Source: Aplysia californica
Taxonomy: Eukaryota
Direction of reading: 5' to 3'
Assembly (NCBI RefSeq): GCF_000002075.1
Contig: NW_004797280.1
Location: forward strand, 2,590,147 to 2,654,146
Length of the DNA: 64,000 nucleotides
Part shown: in pieces, positions 50,201 through 61,833 of the stretch
Numbering within the stretch: position 1 is the stretch's first letter
How the letters are laid out: every line of letters starts with the position of its first letter
The notes under the pieces: generated by a model
Told to the model about the DNA's origin: nothing
Databases searched by the model: none
Seen by the model: only the letters and a program-made list of their open reading frames with translations
Translations under genes and position numbers: made by a program

Positions 50201-53200
50201 TCGGTGCCTGTCTTAACTTGTAGCCTACCCTTTTCCCCTTCAGAATTGATGATTTGAATAAAGTAAAGAGAGTGAGGCTGGATCGTGAAAGCATTGGGGA
50301 AATAGACAGCTTAGAGCTCCTGAGCTCACAAGTTACACATCTGTACCTTCAGAAAAATAGGATTGAGTGTATTCAAAATTTGGAATGCCTTCCAAACCTG
50401 CAGGTATGTATGCATACTAAAACTGGGAGATTGTTGTTTGTGGGTGGTTGGAGGGTGCTCTGGCGTGGTTTGCTTCTTCTTTTCTATCAAACGTCTATCA
50501 TCCTTATCTCTCCCCCCCCCCCCCCCAACCAACTTTGTGTTTTTTTTGTTCACATTATAATGGCATTGTCCAAAACATCCACCTACCTAAAAAGAAACAC
50601 AACTTTTGTCTGACAATGGGTAGCTAGCTGTTGTCTTGGAGTGGACAATCTTTATTGTATATACCTAGTTGGATTGTGCAGTAAATTTTATGGGACTGAC
50701 TGACGGAGATAATTATTTCGAAGGCGCACGCCTTCTGTTCGAGGAAATACATAACCATAAAGAGGCTCTATAGTTTTTCGCTACAGAATAAAATTAAGTT
50801 GATGTCTTGATGATTGTCATGTAACAGTTCTTTTTAGAAGAGTTTTGAAATTTTACTTTCTTGGAGCATTAGATTAAACCTTTGCTATTACTTCTCCAAC
50901 TGAGTAGCAAAATTGATCAATATTTCATGTTTAATTTCTTCACAGGTTTTGGTTTTGTCAAATAACCAAATTAAGGAAGTAGAAGGACTATCACATTTGC
51001 AGAAATTGATATTCTTAGATTTATCAGAAAACTGCATTTCCGATGTTGATACAGGTATGCATATATATATTTGTCTCTGCGTGTATATTATGTTGTACAG
51101 TCAAACCTTGTAATACCGCCACCCTTTGGATGGGCATAAAGTAAGCGGAACAGCAGGGCTGGAGGTTCATCAGGGTTTCTCTTTTGTATAGCCTCGTTTA
51201 CCTTATGTTTAGGAACATGATTCTGCTGTGCAATTTGTGATTGAAAAGTGTCTTTTTGTTGGTGATACACATGTACATGCACATCTATTGAGAGCCGAGA
51301 GTTTGCTCTCTCTCTCTATCCCTCTGCCTTTCTCACGGGAGAAAGATATTATCAAGTAGCCAACCAGTGGGTGCTGTGCACCTTGTGCAGTGTGCACTTC
51401 TGGCGGTATGGCGGGGAAAATTTATATAAGTTAAATAAGGACCATACTACTCCGACAACTGGTGGATGGCGGTGTGAAGGTGCAAGTACTATGTTTGTAT
51501 AGGCAGTCCTTTTCATTCTTTGAAAAAAACTTGGTGGTAAGCGAGGCTGGTGGTATAATATGGGGGCGGTACAACGAGGCTGACTGTATTTATAATTAAC
51601 CCTATCCGTACTCCCTGCGGTCATTTTGTACCCCCGGGGTTGTACTCTTCACTTTTTAGAATACTTCTAGTTTTTAGAATACTTCTAGTACTAAGACCTC
51701 TTTGAAACTTTCAGTATTTCTCAAAAAATCATTTTGACAGACTGCTTTACTAAGCGTACAGATCGTATTAACGAGTCAATTTCCTCTTTGGAAAGTGGTG
51801 GCACATAGTTCTTCGTGTCGTATGGATATGATAGTAAAACACGACAACTGATAGGGTTAAGGAGCTTGTGTGACGTTAAAGTTAAAGACTGTCATTGTCA
51901 TATGTAAGCCTATAGCCATACAATGGTACACAATGAACACATTAGATTAAGATTAGAAGAAAGAGATACTGTAAAGAGGAAAAATGTACCATTAGTGCAT
52001 GAGAATGCAGAGATATGTACATGTACTATGCACTACTGTTTTAAAGCTAAATAGGCTTATACTTAGAGGTCCTGAAGTTTTGATAGTAAAAAAAAGGTTA
52101 TGAGATGTATTTGAACAAAACCATAAAAGTATATTATTTTATGAAAACAAAAACAGCTGAAGCAATATCCTCAGGAAGTTATTATTTTTTTCCCCTCTGT
52201 TTATTCTACATGTATTTAGCATGACTCTCCCAGTTCATGTCAGTTTGAATTAGACTTACTAATCACTTCCATCTTTATAGATAAAGTACTGTACTTATAC
52301 TTGAGGTATAGACTTTACCATTTCACTAATCTAGTTCTTTTCTTCAACAGAAGAACTTCCTTGCAGCTTAGTGATACTCAATCTTGCAGGAAATGAATGT
52401 GTGACAAAACCAAAGCACAGGTATTCCATACCTTCTTCTCAACTTTTCTTCAACATTCACTAATAGATGAGCAATACGTTCCTTGCTATCACACAGAGAT
52501 TTTATTTTCTTTGGCTTCATATAAAAACACTAATGAAAAACAGCACACATATATTACTTCTTTCCTCCTCTCTAACCATGTTCTGTCGTTTGCGTTGGTA
52601 TCCACTTTCTGCCCCCCTCCCCTTCTGGGCTCCTAGCTCTTTCTGCTGCCTTTCTTGTGCTGCAAGTGCTACTCCTTGGCTCCTTCTTACTTTGTTACTG
52701 CTGTCTTTTAGCCACACTCTTGGTCATAGGGCAGGTAAGATCTAACACCTAGCTTTCTCGGATGGGGGCGAACAAATCTCAGACAGGTCCTGTATGCAAG
52801 TTGTGCACATTAAAGATCCATTGGTGGTCCCAAAATCGATAAGAGTAGGTTTTGACCGCCACTAGGCCAAAATTCAAAATTAATTTACCAAACTGAAAAT
52901 GATTAATGTGTCCCGCACGCTCATATGACCTTATGTATTTGCTAATGCCATAAAACACTAACCAAAAAAACAACAAAAAACCCCACATAGGCTATATATA
53001 ACATGCAATGACACTTACATTGGCCCTGAAATGCATAGGCACACTTACACAAGTAGTTAGACATGAGCATCACTCTGTGCTTTCTCCACTTACAAAATTT
53101 TGTAGTGCATTCTTCTCCAACAATCTTCTCCCTGCTCCCATCTGGGTTCCCCAGATTCTCCTTTCCGAATTTTAGTCTTTTTCTTGTGACACTGATGTTT

Positions 53201-56200
53201 CTTCACAGATTTTTAATCTCTTCAGAGGACTTCAATCTTCTCAAAGAAATTACTTGACTTTGTCTTTTTTTTCCAAGTTAAATTATTTTGTAAATAAAAG
53301 CTGAAGTACCACTGATGTATTTTGCATTTTGTACTATGGTTTGTCATTATATTTAAGTTTGCAGAATTAATTTGATCAAATTTGATGTGAATGTCTTATG
53401 TTTATCATCTATGCAGATCATTTACCATTGACAGAAATTATAGGGTTGTGTGGTAGATACTGTTTGAATGTGAAGCGGTATGGTCTAGAAAGGGTTACTC
53501 AACTGTGTTTACTTTCTATTTTTATTTCGTTCATCTAGGTCTTCTTCTTAACTTCCAGTTTTTTCTTGTTCCGGATGTTCATAGCCATTGCAGTTCGTTG
53601 CTTTATATATAGGCCTATTATTCAAATGCTATTCAGTAAGCGATGTCCTGTCAAAACAAAATGTTGAAATTTTCTTTGAGCCTGTACTCACATCTGGGTT
53701 TTTTTGGGTTTTTTTTTAAAGGGAAAAATTGATCCAGTCCTTATTGAAACTGAAGCAGCTAGATGGAGCACAAATAACAAGGCAAGAAAAACTGGGTGCT
53801 GGTCTGGATATATCAGATGATGAAAGCAGTGAAGAACTGGAAGATGAAAATCGGGAAGAAGATGACGAAGAGAAGGAGCAGGATGATGAAGATCACCCTG
53901 TTTCACCCATTGCTGAACCCATACCAATAAATACACAACTCTCAGCATACAAACAGTTGCCAAAGATTCAGGGTAAGGTTTGCTTTTTGTTTCACTGTAG
54001 GAAAGGGTCAAGTAAGTCATATATGATAAACATTTTTGGTGGGTTAGAGTTGTTCTTTATGTTAATAGTACCTTATAGCCTACTGCAAACACCAAGCGAA
54101 TCCAAAATCCACAAGACTTGCTGTCATCCTCATGTCATGGCATAGGCTATTTAAGATAAACTTACATACCTTTATAATTCAAACTATATTATTAACTGTA
54201 AAGAAAAGAGAAGGCACTATTTGGGAATGTCCTGACCTTGGTAAAGGAATTTTTATCTGCCAATCTGACTTCTGGCTGTAGTTTAATACAGAATGCCACC
54301 TGGTAGATTTATTTTTTTTTCGTGATGTCATGTTTTGTCCAAAACTTTCACAATTTGAAATACCCCATACTTTTAAAACACTTCCATTAGAGGAAATTCA
54401 TATCAAATTTTTAAGTTAATCTGTCATCTGATAATTGTACAGAGAAGTTGCAAATAGAAACTATACTTTAAATGCCCTGGGAAGGATTTTGAAAAAAACA
54501 TGGAAAATCTTAAGTAAGCACTGTTAGAACTTGAATGGGAAAATGAAAATAGCCAATAGTTCTTTTTTACCTCACTGGGTTTCCCTGTAGTGCATACATT
54601 GGATAGTTATACAGGCTAGGGATTTTGATGACACCAATATATATTTTATTTTATGTCAAAAATGAAAAATGGAGTTAAGTCTAACATCTGCGTTTGTCGC
54701 GGCCGCGATTTTTGCATTTTTCAAAAAGAAAAAGCCACATAACATATATAGACATGTATTTTGTCATGTTTAGCTATTTTCATGCGAAGAATATAAATTA
54801 CATACTATTTTCATTGCTGTTTGTCTTTTATTTTTCCCTCTTTGTTGGTGTGTTAATTATTTTTTATTGTTCTGATGTGTTGTTTTTCTATTTTTTAGTT
54901 TATATAACGTAATGTCATTGAATTTGATGTTCCTACATTAAAAAAATATACAGATGTGTTTTGTTAGAACGTGTCTCCACCAAAACTGAATACTGACACT
55001 GGCAGGCCCCTTGTGTGTGATTAAATAATTTACATGTAGTATCCTGCACTTTTTCTTGAATTACACACCTTTAGGGTTTAAAACGGCCAATCTTCGGATA
55101 GGTGGACACACGTGCTGTTTGTTAATTTTTGCGGTTGTTTATGTGCTATTCTAATTTTGATTTCATTCTGTTATGAAACTTATATTTTCTCGTGTTTACA
55201 CTCTGTGTGACTGCGAACGATATTCTGGATGCTTAAAACAGCACAAGAAATTCTGGTGCTTTAGATTAAGTTACTTGTATCAACATATTGCTATACACGT
55301 CGTCTCAGAGAGTTGAAAGTGAAAGCTTGAAAATTAATGGTAACTTTTGCCATTTTTTGTGGCAACTTTTGGACAAAAAAATGGTAACAAACGCAGATGC
55401 TAGTTAAGTTCCCTTCAGAACTAACAATTAATTTTTGTTCTGTATCTTCCATTGTAATTGCCAAGTAAATGGGTCTAATTGACAGGCTGCAAAATTAGTA
55501 AGGTATTTCTTCATCTGTAGGGTAGTGAAAATGATCATAATACGTGGTGCCCTTTGCAGATGGGATTGGGTCGGGTCGGGTGCGATTGCCCCACTCGTCG
55601 CCTGAAAAAGAACGCGTTTGTTTTTCAGGCGACGAGTCGGGCGCGATCAGCTTGTGCCATAATAGCCGCTTTGTACCTTCAATCTGGTTAGCAAACCGCC
55701 TGGACCAGACCTGATCCCCTAATGGGCACCCTGTATAAGGGAATGTATCTGCCTTGGTACAGGTCTTAGAAATGGTTCAGGACATTAATACTTTTTCTGA
55801 GCACAGTTAATAACTGATAGGTTTTAGATTAAGTTAATGATTTGGGCTCAATGATAACAGAATTATTCTTGATTGCAATTTTTAGGCAAGATTATTATTT
55901 TTCATTTAAGAAGGTAGGCTAATTGTTTATGTTGTTTAAAATCTTTGTTGAAAGTAAAATTTAGCATCCATGAAATACAAAGTTGTTCTTTTCTCATATG
56001 CATTGTAAAATACATCATATACCCTAAACTACATAATAATAATGTGGACCTTCTGTTTGCCCCTGCCAGCCAGCGTCCAAGATTTTGCGACAGAGATGTT
56101 GTTGAGGTCCCAGGCTCGTCTGGAGGAGAGTGCTGGAGAACATAGACGTCATATTCAGGAGATGACCAATTCCAAAATCAAGGCACGGATACGACCACTT

Positions 56201-56224
56201 CAGCACATACAGAAGCCTCAATAA
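43989..56224 (+). CDS. LRRC46: Leucine-rich repeat-containing protein 46-like (SDS22-type LRRs, LRR cap, acidic tract), 303 aa, 7 coding exons
   Basis: Exons 43989-44070, 49406-49490, 50244-50403, 50946-51054, 52351-52420, 53722-53972, 56070-56224. GT-AG introns; 912 nt in frame. LIVRRNL..VRLDRESIGEIDSLE..HLYLQKNRIECIQNLECLPNLQVLVLSNNQIKEVEGL..FLDLSENCI..ELPCSLVILNLAGNEC..LKQLDG..SDDESSEE follows the LRRC46 pattern. First and last exons are less certain. Confidence 0.85.
44162..44225. repeat. (GA)n microsatellite
   Basis: Directly visible; LRRC46 intron 1. Confidence 0.95.
45236..45740. mobile_element. MITE family 5, left half, interrupted by LTR-like sequence
   Basis: TA+CAGTCAAACCTGTGTAAGACGGCC. 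Aligns to 37448-~38052, then similarity stops. Confidence 0.7.
45741..48262 (-). mobile_element. 5'-truncated Ty1/copia LTR retrotransposon (RT-RNase H, 3' non-coding region, PPT, 3' LTR)
   Basis: Copia pol ORF. Polypurine tract AAGTGGGGG (46069-46061) is directly followed by TGTTAGAC at 46060. LTR-like units at 45983-46060 and 45741-45982. gag/PR/IN and the 5' LTR are absent before the gap. Confidence 0.9.
46796..48262 (-). CDS. Ty1/copia Pol fragment (reverse transcriptase + RNase H), uninterrupted
   Basis: NTFECTTIPPGREAVGGRWVF, KARYVAKGFSQ, QMDVKTAYLN, LKKSLYGLKQSGRNW, VWVDD, TRPDL, FCDSDW, SSCEAEY, CDNQGAI, HQRSKHIDIRYHFIR, NLADVFTKP. Confidence 0.93.
   Translation of the reverse strand, partial: NTFECTTIPPGREAVGGRWVFNVKSNPNGEETYKARYVAKGFSQIPDIDFQETFSPTARITSVRTLVQCAVQNDQMIHQMDVKTAYLNAPIDCELYVEQPEGYVKTNGQGEKLVWRLKKSLYGLKQSGRNWNNLLHEHLIADGFAQSLVDTCVYVKDSDNTNEMCIVLVWVDDILLVTKNDAAMTNMKNSLNKHFHMKDLGPISWFLGIEFKHEKDSISMSQAQYIDKLLQKFNMESCKPKQTACDMSVNKLLSQTEDGKNEMTKSKKYREIVGSLIYIMTATRPDLCFIVTKLSQHLSMPNETHMIIAKHVLRYLKATTDQKLTFRKSVDKLTLSGFCDSDWGNSGDRKSITGYCFTLSNEGPLISWKSKKQQSVALSSCEAEYMAMSSATQEGKFLIALINDMMNLDLSNFTLNCDNQGAIALSKHPVQHQRSKHIDIRYHFIRDEISKGLMKVQYVPSEDNLADVFTKPVPRVKVQKFKALLMGD
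51098..51586. mobile_element. TA-flanked MITE family 6
   Basis: TA+CAGTCAAACCTTGTAATACCGCC ... GGCGGTACAACGAGGCTGACTG+TA. Related fragments near 62005 and 62240. Confidence 0.75.
51600..51856. mobile_element. piggyBac-type MITE
   Basis: TTAA+CCCTATC ... GATAGGG+TTAA; CCC..GGG termini. Confidence 0.7.
55546..55731. mobile_element. Fold-back palindromic MITE (Harbinger-like GGTGCCC ends)
   Basis: GGTGCCC..GGGCACC ends, imperfect long arms, and a central perfect 17-bp stem 55593-55609 / 55621-55637. Confidence 0.55.
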
Positions 56225-56349
56225 TCGGGCAGCATGCCTTTATAAATTTTGAGATTAATTTTAAGATGTTGAATGAAAGACTGTTTTTAAGTTGAGTAAA
56301 CTGACTCTTTTACCTGAGCACATAGACCAGCATTATGAACAAAGAAATA

Positions 56350-57091
56350 CAGTGGGTGTCGCATTCAACGAGGTCACACATTCAACGAGAAGTCGGCTCC
56401 AACGAGGCAATCCTTAATCCCCAATTTTTTTCCTCTATATCTCTTTGTAAATGTACGTCAGCTCAAACGAAGTTGCAAAAAACAGACAGAAGTCGCTTTC
56501 AACGAAGTTGCGATAACCAAATAAAAGTAATTGACGGCCCCAAAAGCAAAGAATTTTTCTCCATTCTCTCCATCTCACGGGAATCACAAGGCCCATCCTC
56601 GATTCATAACACATTGTATTGCTAGATCTAGTGTGCCTCCTAATATGGGCCCCAAAGCCAAGAGGATGGGCGAGGGTTAGCCTACGGTAGGGATGGGAGG
56701 GGGTAGGTGGGAACGCGATGCGGGCTGTGTGAAACTGGATGAATTCTGGATGGGTAGGTCTAGATCGAGACCTTCATTTTTTTCAATTTTCTTTTTTTCC
56801 CCTGATCAGAAAATCCAAGCTCCCGCCTTTACTTTATGTAGATCTAGGCCTAGATGTGAGAGGGTATGTTTCCAAACGAGAAGTGTTCCGGGAAAAAATA
56901 TTTTGTAAAATGCAGAGATAACGGTCAGAACACAGCAACTGTTTTAATTACTGGTATTGGTAGGCTACATCGTGTAATATAACAACTTGTCTCCTTTCTT
57001 TTCTTTAACCTTAGTCACGTTCAACGAGAGGTCGGATCCAATGAGGACAACAAGCCGGTCCCGGCAACCTCGTTGAATGCGACACCCACTG
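56350..57091. mobile_element. TA-flanked MITE family 7
   Basis: 25-bp perfect TIR CAGTGGGTGTCGCATTCAACGAGGT, TA on both sides, TCAACGA subterminal repeats. Confidence 0.92.
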
Positions 57092-57546
57092 TATTAAGCT
57101 TTACTCCCTTTCAACAATACTTAAGACAGTGAATGTCATTCTATGGCAAATTCTACAAGTAATTTCGAATTGAAAATGAGTAATCACTATTATTAATTAT
57201 AACTAATAGGCCTATAACTCCACAGATAAAATAGCAAAATCATGTAGTTACCTGTCTAGAGGACCACATATTTTGATTTTGACTTCAGTTCAGTGATTGA
57301 ACGTTGTATTTCAGCATGATCAGCTTGTTCTTATACATAATATTTCAAATTCTTGCACTGTGCTAGTGCAGAATAATAAAATAATTTTTGTTGGCTGAAC
57401 TATATGAGCATTTCAGATTGTGCTGTTGGTCACATAACTGTTGTAGTCAAGAATCGTGTCCGTTTGTATGCACAGTTTTTTCTGGGTTATTAATGAGCTT
57501 GGGAGAGAGAGAAAGAGAGGGAGAGGGGTGTAACTGTGTATGCATA

Positions 57547-58341
57547 CAGTGGAACTCGGATTTAACGAGATGAGACAGATTCCCCGTTTTTTTTCTTCTT
57601 TAAAATCAATAAAAGTAACCCGGATTCAACGAGCACTTAAATCAGCGAGCTCGGATTCGATGAGGTCATTTCCAGGGTGAACAGTCCCCGCAGACGTGGC
57701 TTCGCTAATTTTTCTCCCAGAACGAACTTTATCTATTCCCGGAAACAATCCATTGCACCTACATCGTGAACCATTATTCACTTAGCCAATTGCATGCGAC
57801 CAATCAGCGGTCTTTTAAAATACCAACACACGTGTTTTGGGCACGCGCACGTGTCTACTCTGGCGTGTGTCAGGGTCGGATGGGCGGCCTGCACACGTGT
57901 GGCTGTGTGTGCGTGTCGGGGGGGCACTAGCGGTCCGGGCGCTGAACGTCGCATATATACAAACGCGTCACAGTCTTTTTTCCCCCTCGGCAACTGATCA
58001 TTATTACAATAATAAGCTAATCTTGACATAGATCTATGTAATGAATTGTGCGCTGGTCAAGGGAATCAAAAGTTGCCATATGCTAGGCTCTACACAGCAA
58101 CACAACTTTGTGGTAAACAATCGAGATGACACAGGAGTGTGTATTTGAACTAATCGGTCTTTTTTTTACACAGCTCAAAATACACAGGCCTTTCAGGCAC
58201 TACTTGTGACTTCTCTTACACATTACTTGCTCGGTGCCTGTAATTATCCACACAAAACCTCGTGTTTGCCTATAACGAACACTCGGATTCAACGAGATTT
58301 TAGGTCAGGCCCGACGACCTCGTTGAATCCGAGTTCCACTG
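57547..58341. mobile_element. TA-flanked MITE family 2
   Basis: TA+CAGTGGAACTCGGATTTAACGAG ... CTCGTTGAATCCGAGTTCCACTG+TA. Confidence 0.9.
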
Positions 58342-58419
58342 TATAATATTAATATGTGTCAATCGTGATGTAGGCAAAACTACATGTGTTATGTGTGTGT
58401 GTTTTACTGGTGTTAGAAA

Positions 58420-58425
<6 letters not shown>

Positions 58426-58506
<81 letters not shown>

Positions 58507-58511
58507 GGGGG
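58426..58511. repeat. (GA)n microsatellite followed by poly-G
   Basis: Directly visible. Confidence 0.95.
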
Positions 58512-61395
58512 AATGTTGTGTATACTACAATGAGAAATGCAATGAGTAGAAAGGAATACAGTTCTGACCGATTTACGTGTACTGAAAAGATTTCTCTGTC
58601 ATTTATATAATATATATATTTGTAAGCCTTCTCCTCAGGTTTACTGTGGCACAGTAATAAAAGTGTTTACCGTTTTTCATCACAAGACGTATGATGATCA
58701 CTTCCAATACAAATGCCAAGGTTTTGTTAGATCCCTGGTCCTTGCACTTGCAGTCAGGCAGACAACTTAAACATTTTCTCCCCTCTGATTTGACAGTAAG
58801 TTAGATCGAGTATCTAATCTCTTTAGAAAAGGAGAAAACCTGAGAGGCCACAATGAACCTTGTACTGTAGTTGTACAAATGAACATTTCACAGTCAGAAG
58901 TGCAAGCTTGTAAGGGAAAGGTTAAATACTAATCCCAACCAACAACTGGGAAAAAAACACTGGTTTATATAGGCCTACATGTATAGGAATGCCTTCAAAA
59001 ATTGCAATTGCCTGGGCACCCAAACACAGGTAGAAATTATTGCCTAGAATATAATGCTCCATGACCAGTAGCAGAGAAACATCTGGGAAGACTGACGTTG
59101 GAGTTGGACAACTCAGGTCGTGAGCACTTCTCTCAATCTCTCAGAAAAGAATAACTAACGATGACTTTATTTAATATGATGACAGTCAATAAATAAAGTT
59201 CCAAGGCCATCTTCATCTAGAAGCAATGCATTTTTCAACACCATTCAAAGTATCCTGCCAACATAAATATCATTATTAATAATTGATGTACTGTAAGGCA
59301 GAAAGTATAGTCATTTCCACTTTATCTTTAACCGATGTCTTGATATCAAAGCACAGTCACAGTCGAGAAATTTTTCAGTTATTAATATTCATAATATTGG
59401 ACTTAGTGCAACTTAATTTTCATCCCAAAAAATATGTGCAAGTTCAACAATTCAAACTTCCTTACAAATTTATGTTTTTCCTTTTAATACTTTTAACAAA
59501 AAGGACATCTCTCACCAAAATTCCCTTTCCCACTTTTTTGCTCAAATGAGCGAAGGAAAATTGTCTTGAAAAAAACAACAAAAACAAACAAACCCAGTAG
59601 GCTTAAAAGAATTGACACCCCAAGAGCAACAAATGAAAACTTTAAAATACTGGGTACATGGACATACATTTCTTGAAGATAAAAATCCCCCCCCCCCCCA
59701 AACTCCACACACAAGCAACAAAATCAAACATAACACAAAGATAAACCACCCAACAGCAGGCATTGATTTACAAAAATTTTTTTTTATTGGTCTTTTAAAA
59801 TTTTCATGACATTTTTCTTTGTCCTGAAAAGTGTCCTTAGGCCATACTTTTCAGATTACTGCCCTGAAAATCGTGAGATTTATGCACAGCTTTCCAGTAA
59901 AATACAGTTATCAATTATATCACACTCCTTACCTACAGCCAGCACAACGTCAGCAATATAATATCATAAACAGCAATTAAAAACAGACATTATTTTTCAT
60001 AAGCAAGTAGGAAATGTTTAGATCTAACCTTGCTCCCAAAAGCATACTTGCCAAACTTCTTTATAAAATAGACAATAGGACTGTAACTGTAACATTGTCT
60101 CACATCGGTCAAGGTTTCAATTCACCAGAGGCATAAACTTGATAACTATAATTATGAACCTACTATTGAGCACAGGCAGTTTGAATGGCTTGAACTCATT
60201 ACTTTGTCACTTGGAGTTTGCTGTAACTGAGTAACACATGATGCTGTGCTTGTAGATAAAAACTAGACAAGAATGTGTTTTCCTACCAAGAAAGGACCAA
60301 TTTCACTATGCTGAGGGTAAAGAGAGTTTTGATACATGAATGACCTAGCCACTCATCTTTCCATTCACCATACAAACACTTAGAATTCATCAAAGGCAAT
60401 GTCATCTCAGCTTAGATGCAGCATTGCGACCTTGATTAGCCTGGTCTACTCAATGATGACCTGCCAGCTCAACTCTTCCGGTGCATCACTGTCACTTGGC
60501 GCACCATATCACATGGGATGGTGGTGCATTCAGTACAAGTCTACCTTCAGGTCAGCCTATCCTGCACTGCAAAATAGCAATACATCTACCCCCACCCACA
60601 TTCCATCACAAATCATTGGTCTGAGAGACGGTTCTTTCTCTAGAGAAATAGTATTCACAAGTTTATGCAATTCAAAGGAAAGCTGTCAAATAAGGACAGC
60701 TAGAAAAAAAAATACTATCACGAGAGCAAGGAAGAACTGTAATAACAATGAGGTTATAGTTATAATAGTTATAGTAAAACAGACTTCATCTCTGACATTT
60801 AATATTGTCCATTTAAAAAATCAACTACTTTTCCACATAGCAAAACAGCTTAGCATTGCACCCCCCTCTAGCTCACTTGGAAAATATTTCAAAAGAAAAA
60901 AAATTTGAAAGCTGTCTTCTCACTCAGAAAAGAGACTTTTTAAGCCTTCCTCTACCACTTCTACCATGAAACTATTTTTTTTATTACGAGTTATCATCCC
61001 TGCAGCAATACAGAAATTAAAGTTCAGTATAATAATAATAATAATAATAAAAATAATAATAATAATAATAAATAAGAACAAAGGAAAAAAATCTGTGTAT
61101 TTCATGATCACAAAAAAATGAGTGAGGCAAATTACATCATGACAACAAACTATCTTTCTCAAAAGTACAGAACCATTTTTAATCACACACCATAACTCCA
61201 ACAGTGGATGGCCAACTCAAATAAAATATGCACAAACCATACTGAGAAGTAACATTCCTCTACATCTGACACAACCTCACCATCAAATTCCATACTGCAT
61301 CCTCAGAATCCATCCATACTCTTCATCACAATAGAATACTTTCGTGCCCCAAACCCCGTTTTAACATAAAAGGCAAAGCAAGTGTTCAGTCCTCA

Positions 61396-61833
61396 TCAAG
61401 ATTTGAACACACCAACTAGTGCAGGTCGAAGAGTGCGAGAGTGTAGCCGGAAACCAATCTTTTGCACGATAGCCACGGTGTCTGCCTCCTGAGTTTCTTT
61501 AGCTTGTATAGGGACCTGGAACAATGCCTCGTGTATATTTGGGTCAAATTTCTCCCCTTCTTTTGGTGAAATAGACTCAAGGCCATGCTTCTTAAATACT
61601 TTGACCAGTTGAGACTCGGTCATATTCAGCCCTTCATAAAGGCTCACCAGATGAGGGTTCGAGTCCTTCAGCTCTTCTTTGGGGACTGCAGTGACAGCTG
61701 TGCTGAGGATATCTGACACCTCAAGGAGGTCCTTGCAGAAACCTTGGATACCATAGAGTTTGGCGTCGTCCACTTGCTTAGTCATCCGTCGCCGCAAGTT
61801 CTCAGACTCAGCCAGTGCCCTCAAGTGTTTGTC
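61396..61833 (-). CDS. GRPEL1: Mitochondrial GrpE homologue (mtHsp70 nucleotide-exchange factor), terminal exon; upstream exons not found in the window
   Basis: CAG acceptor at 61836-61834, then DKHLRALAESENLRRR..AKLYGIQGFCKDLLEVSD..LYEGLNMTESQLVKVFKKHGL..GEKFDPNIHEALF..VAIVQKIGFRLHSRTLRPALVGVFKS*. Confidence 0.95.
   Translation of the reverse strand, partial: DKHLRALAESENLRRRMTKQVDDAKLYGIQGFCKDLLEVSDILSTAVTAVPKEELKDSNPHLVSLYEGLNMTESQLVKVFKKHGLESISPKEGEKFDPNIHEALFQVPIQAKETQEADTVAIVQKIGFRLHSRTLRPALVGVFKS

Noticed and set aside
52421-52430. U12-type intron donor in LRRC46
   Set aside because: GTATTCCA does not match GTATCCTT, and no U12 branch site is evident.
52440-53270. Possible nested antisense gene or transposase remnant in LRRC46 intron 5
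   Set aside because: Purine-rich minus strand gives K/R/E-rich fragments with stops, no identifiable motif and no consistent splice pattern.
60399-60908. 169-aa plus-strand ORF
   Set aside because: No family similarity recognised; antisense to the presumed GrpE 3' UTR.
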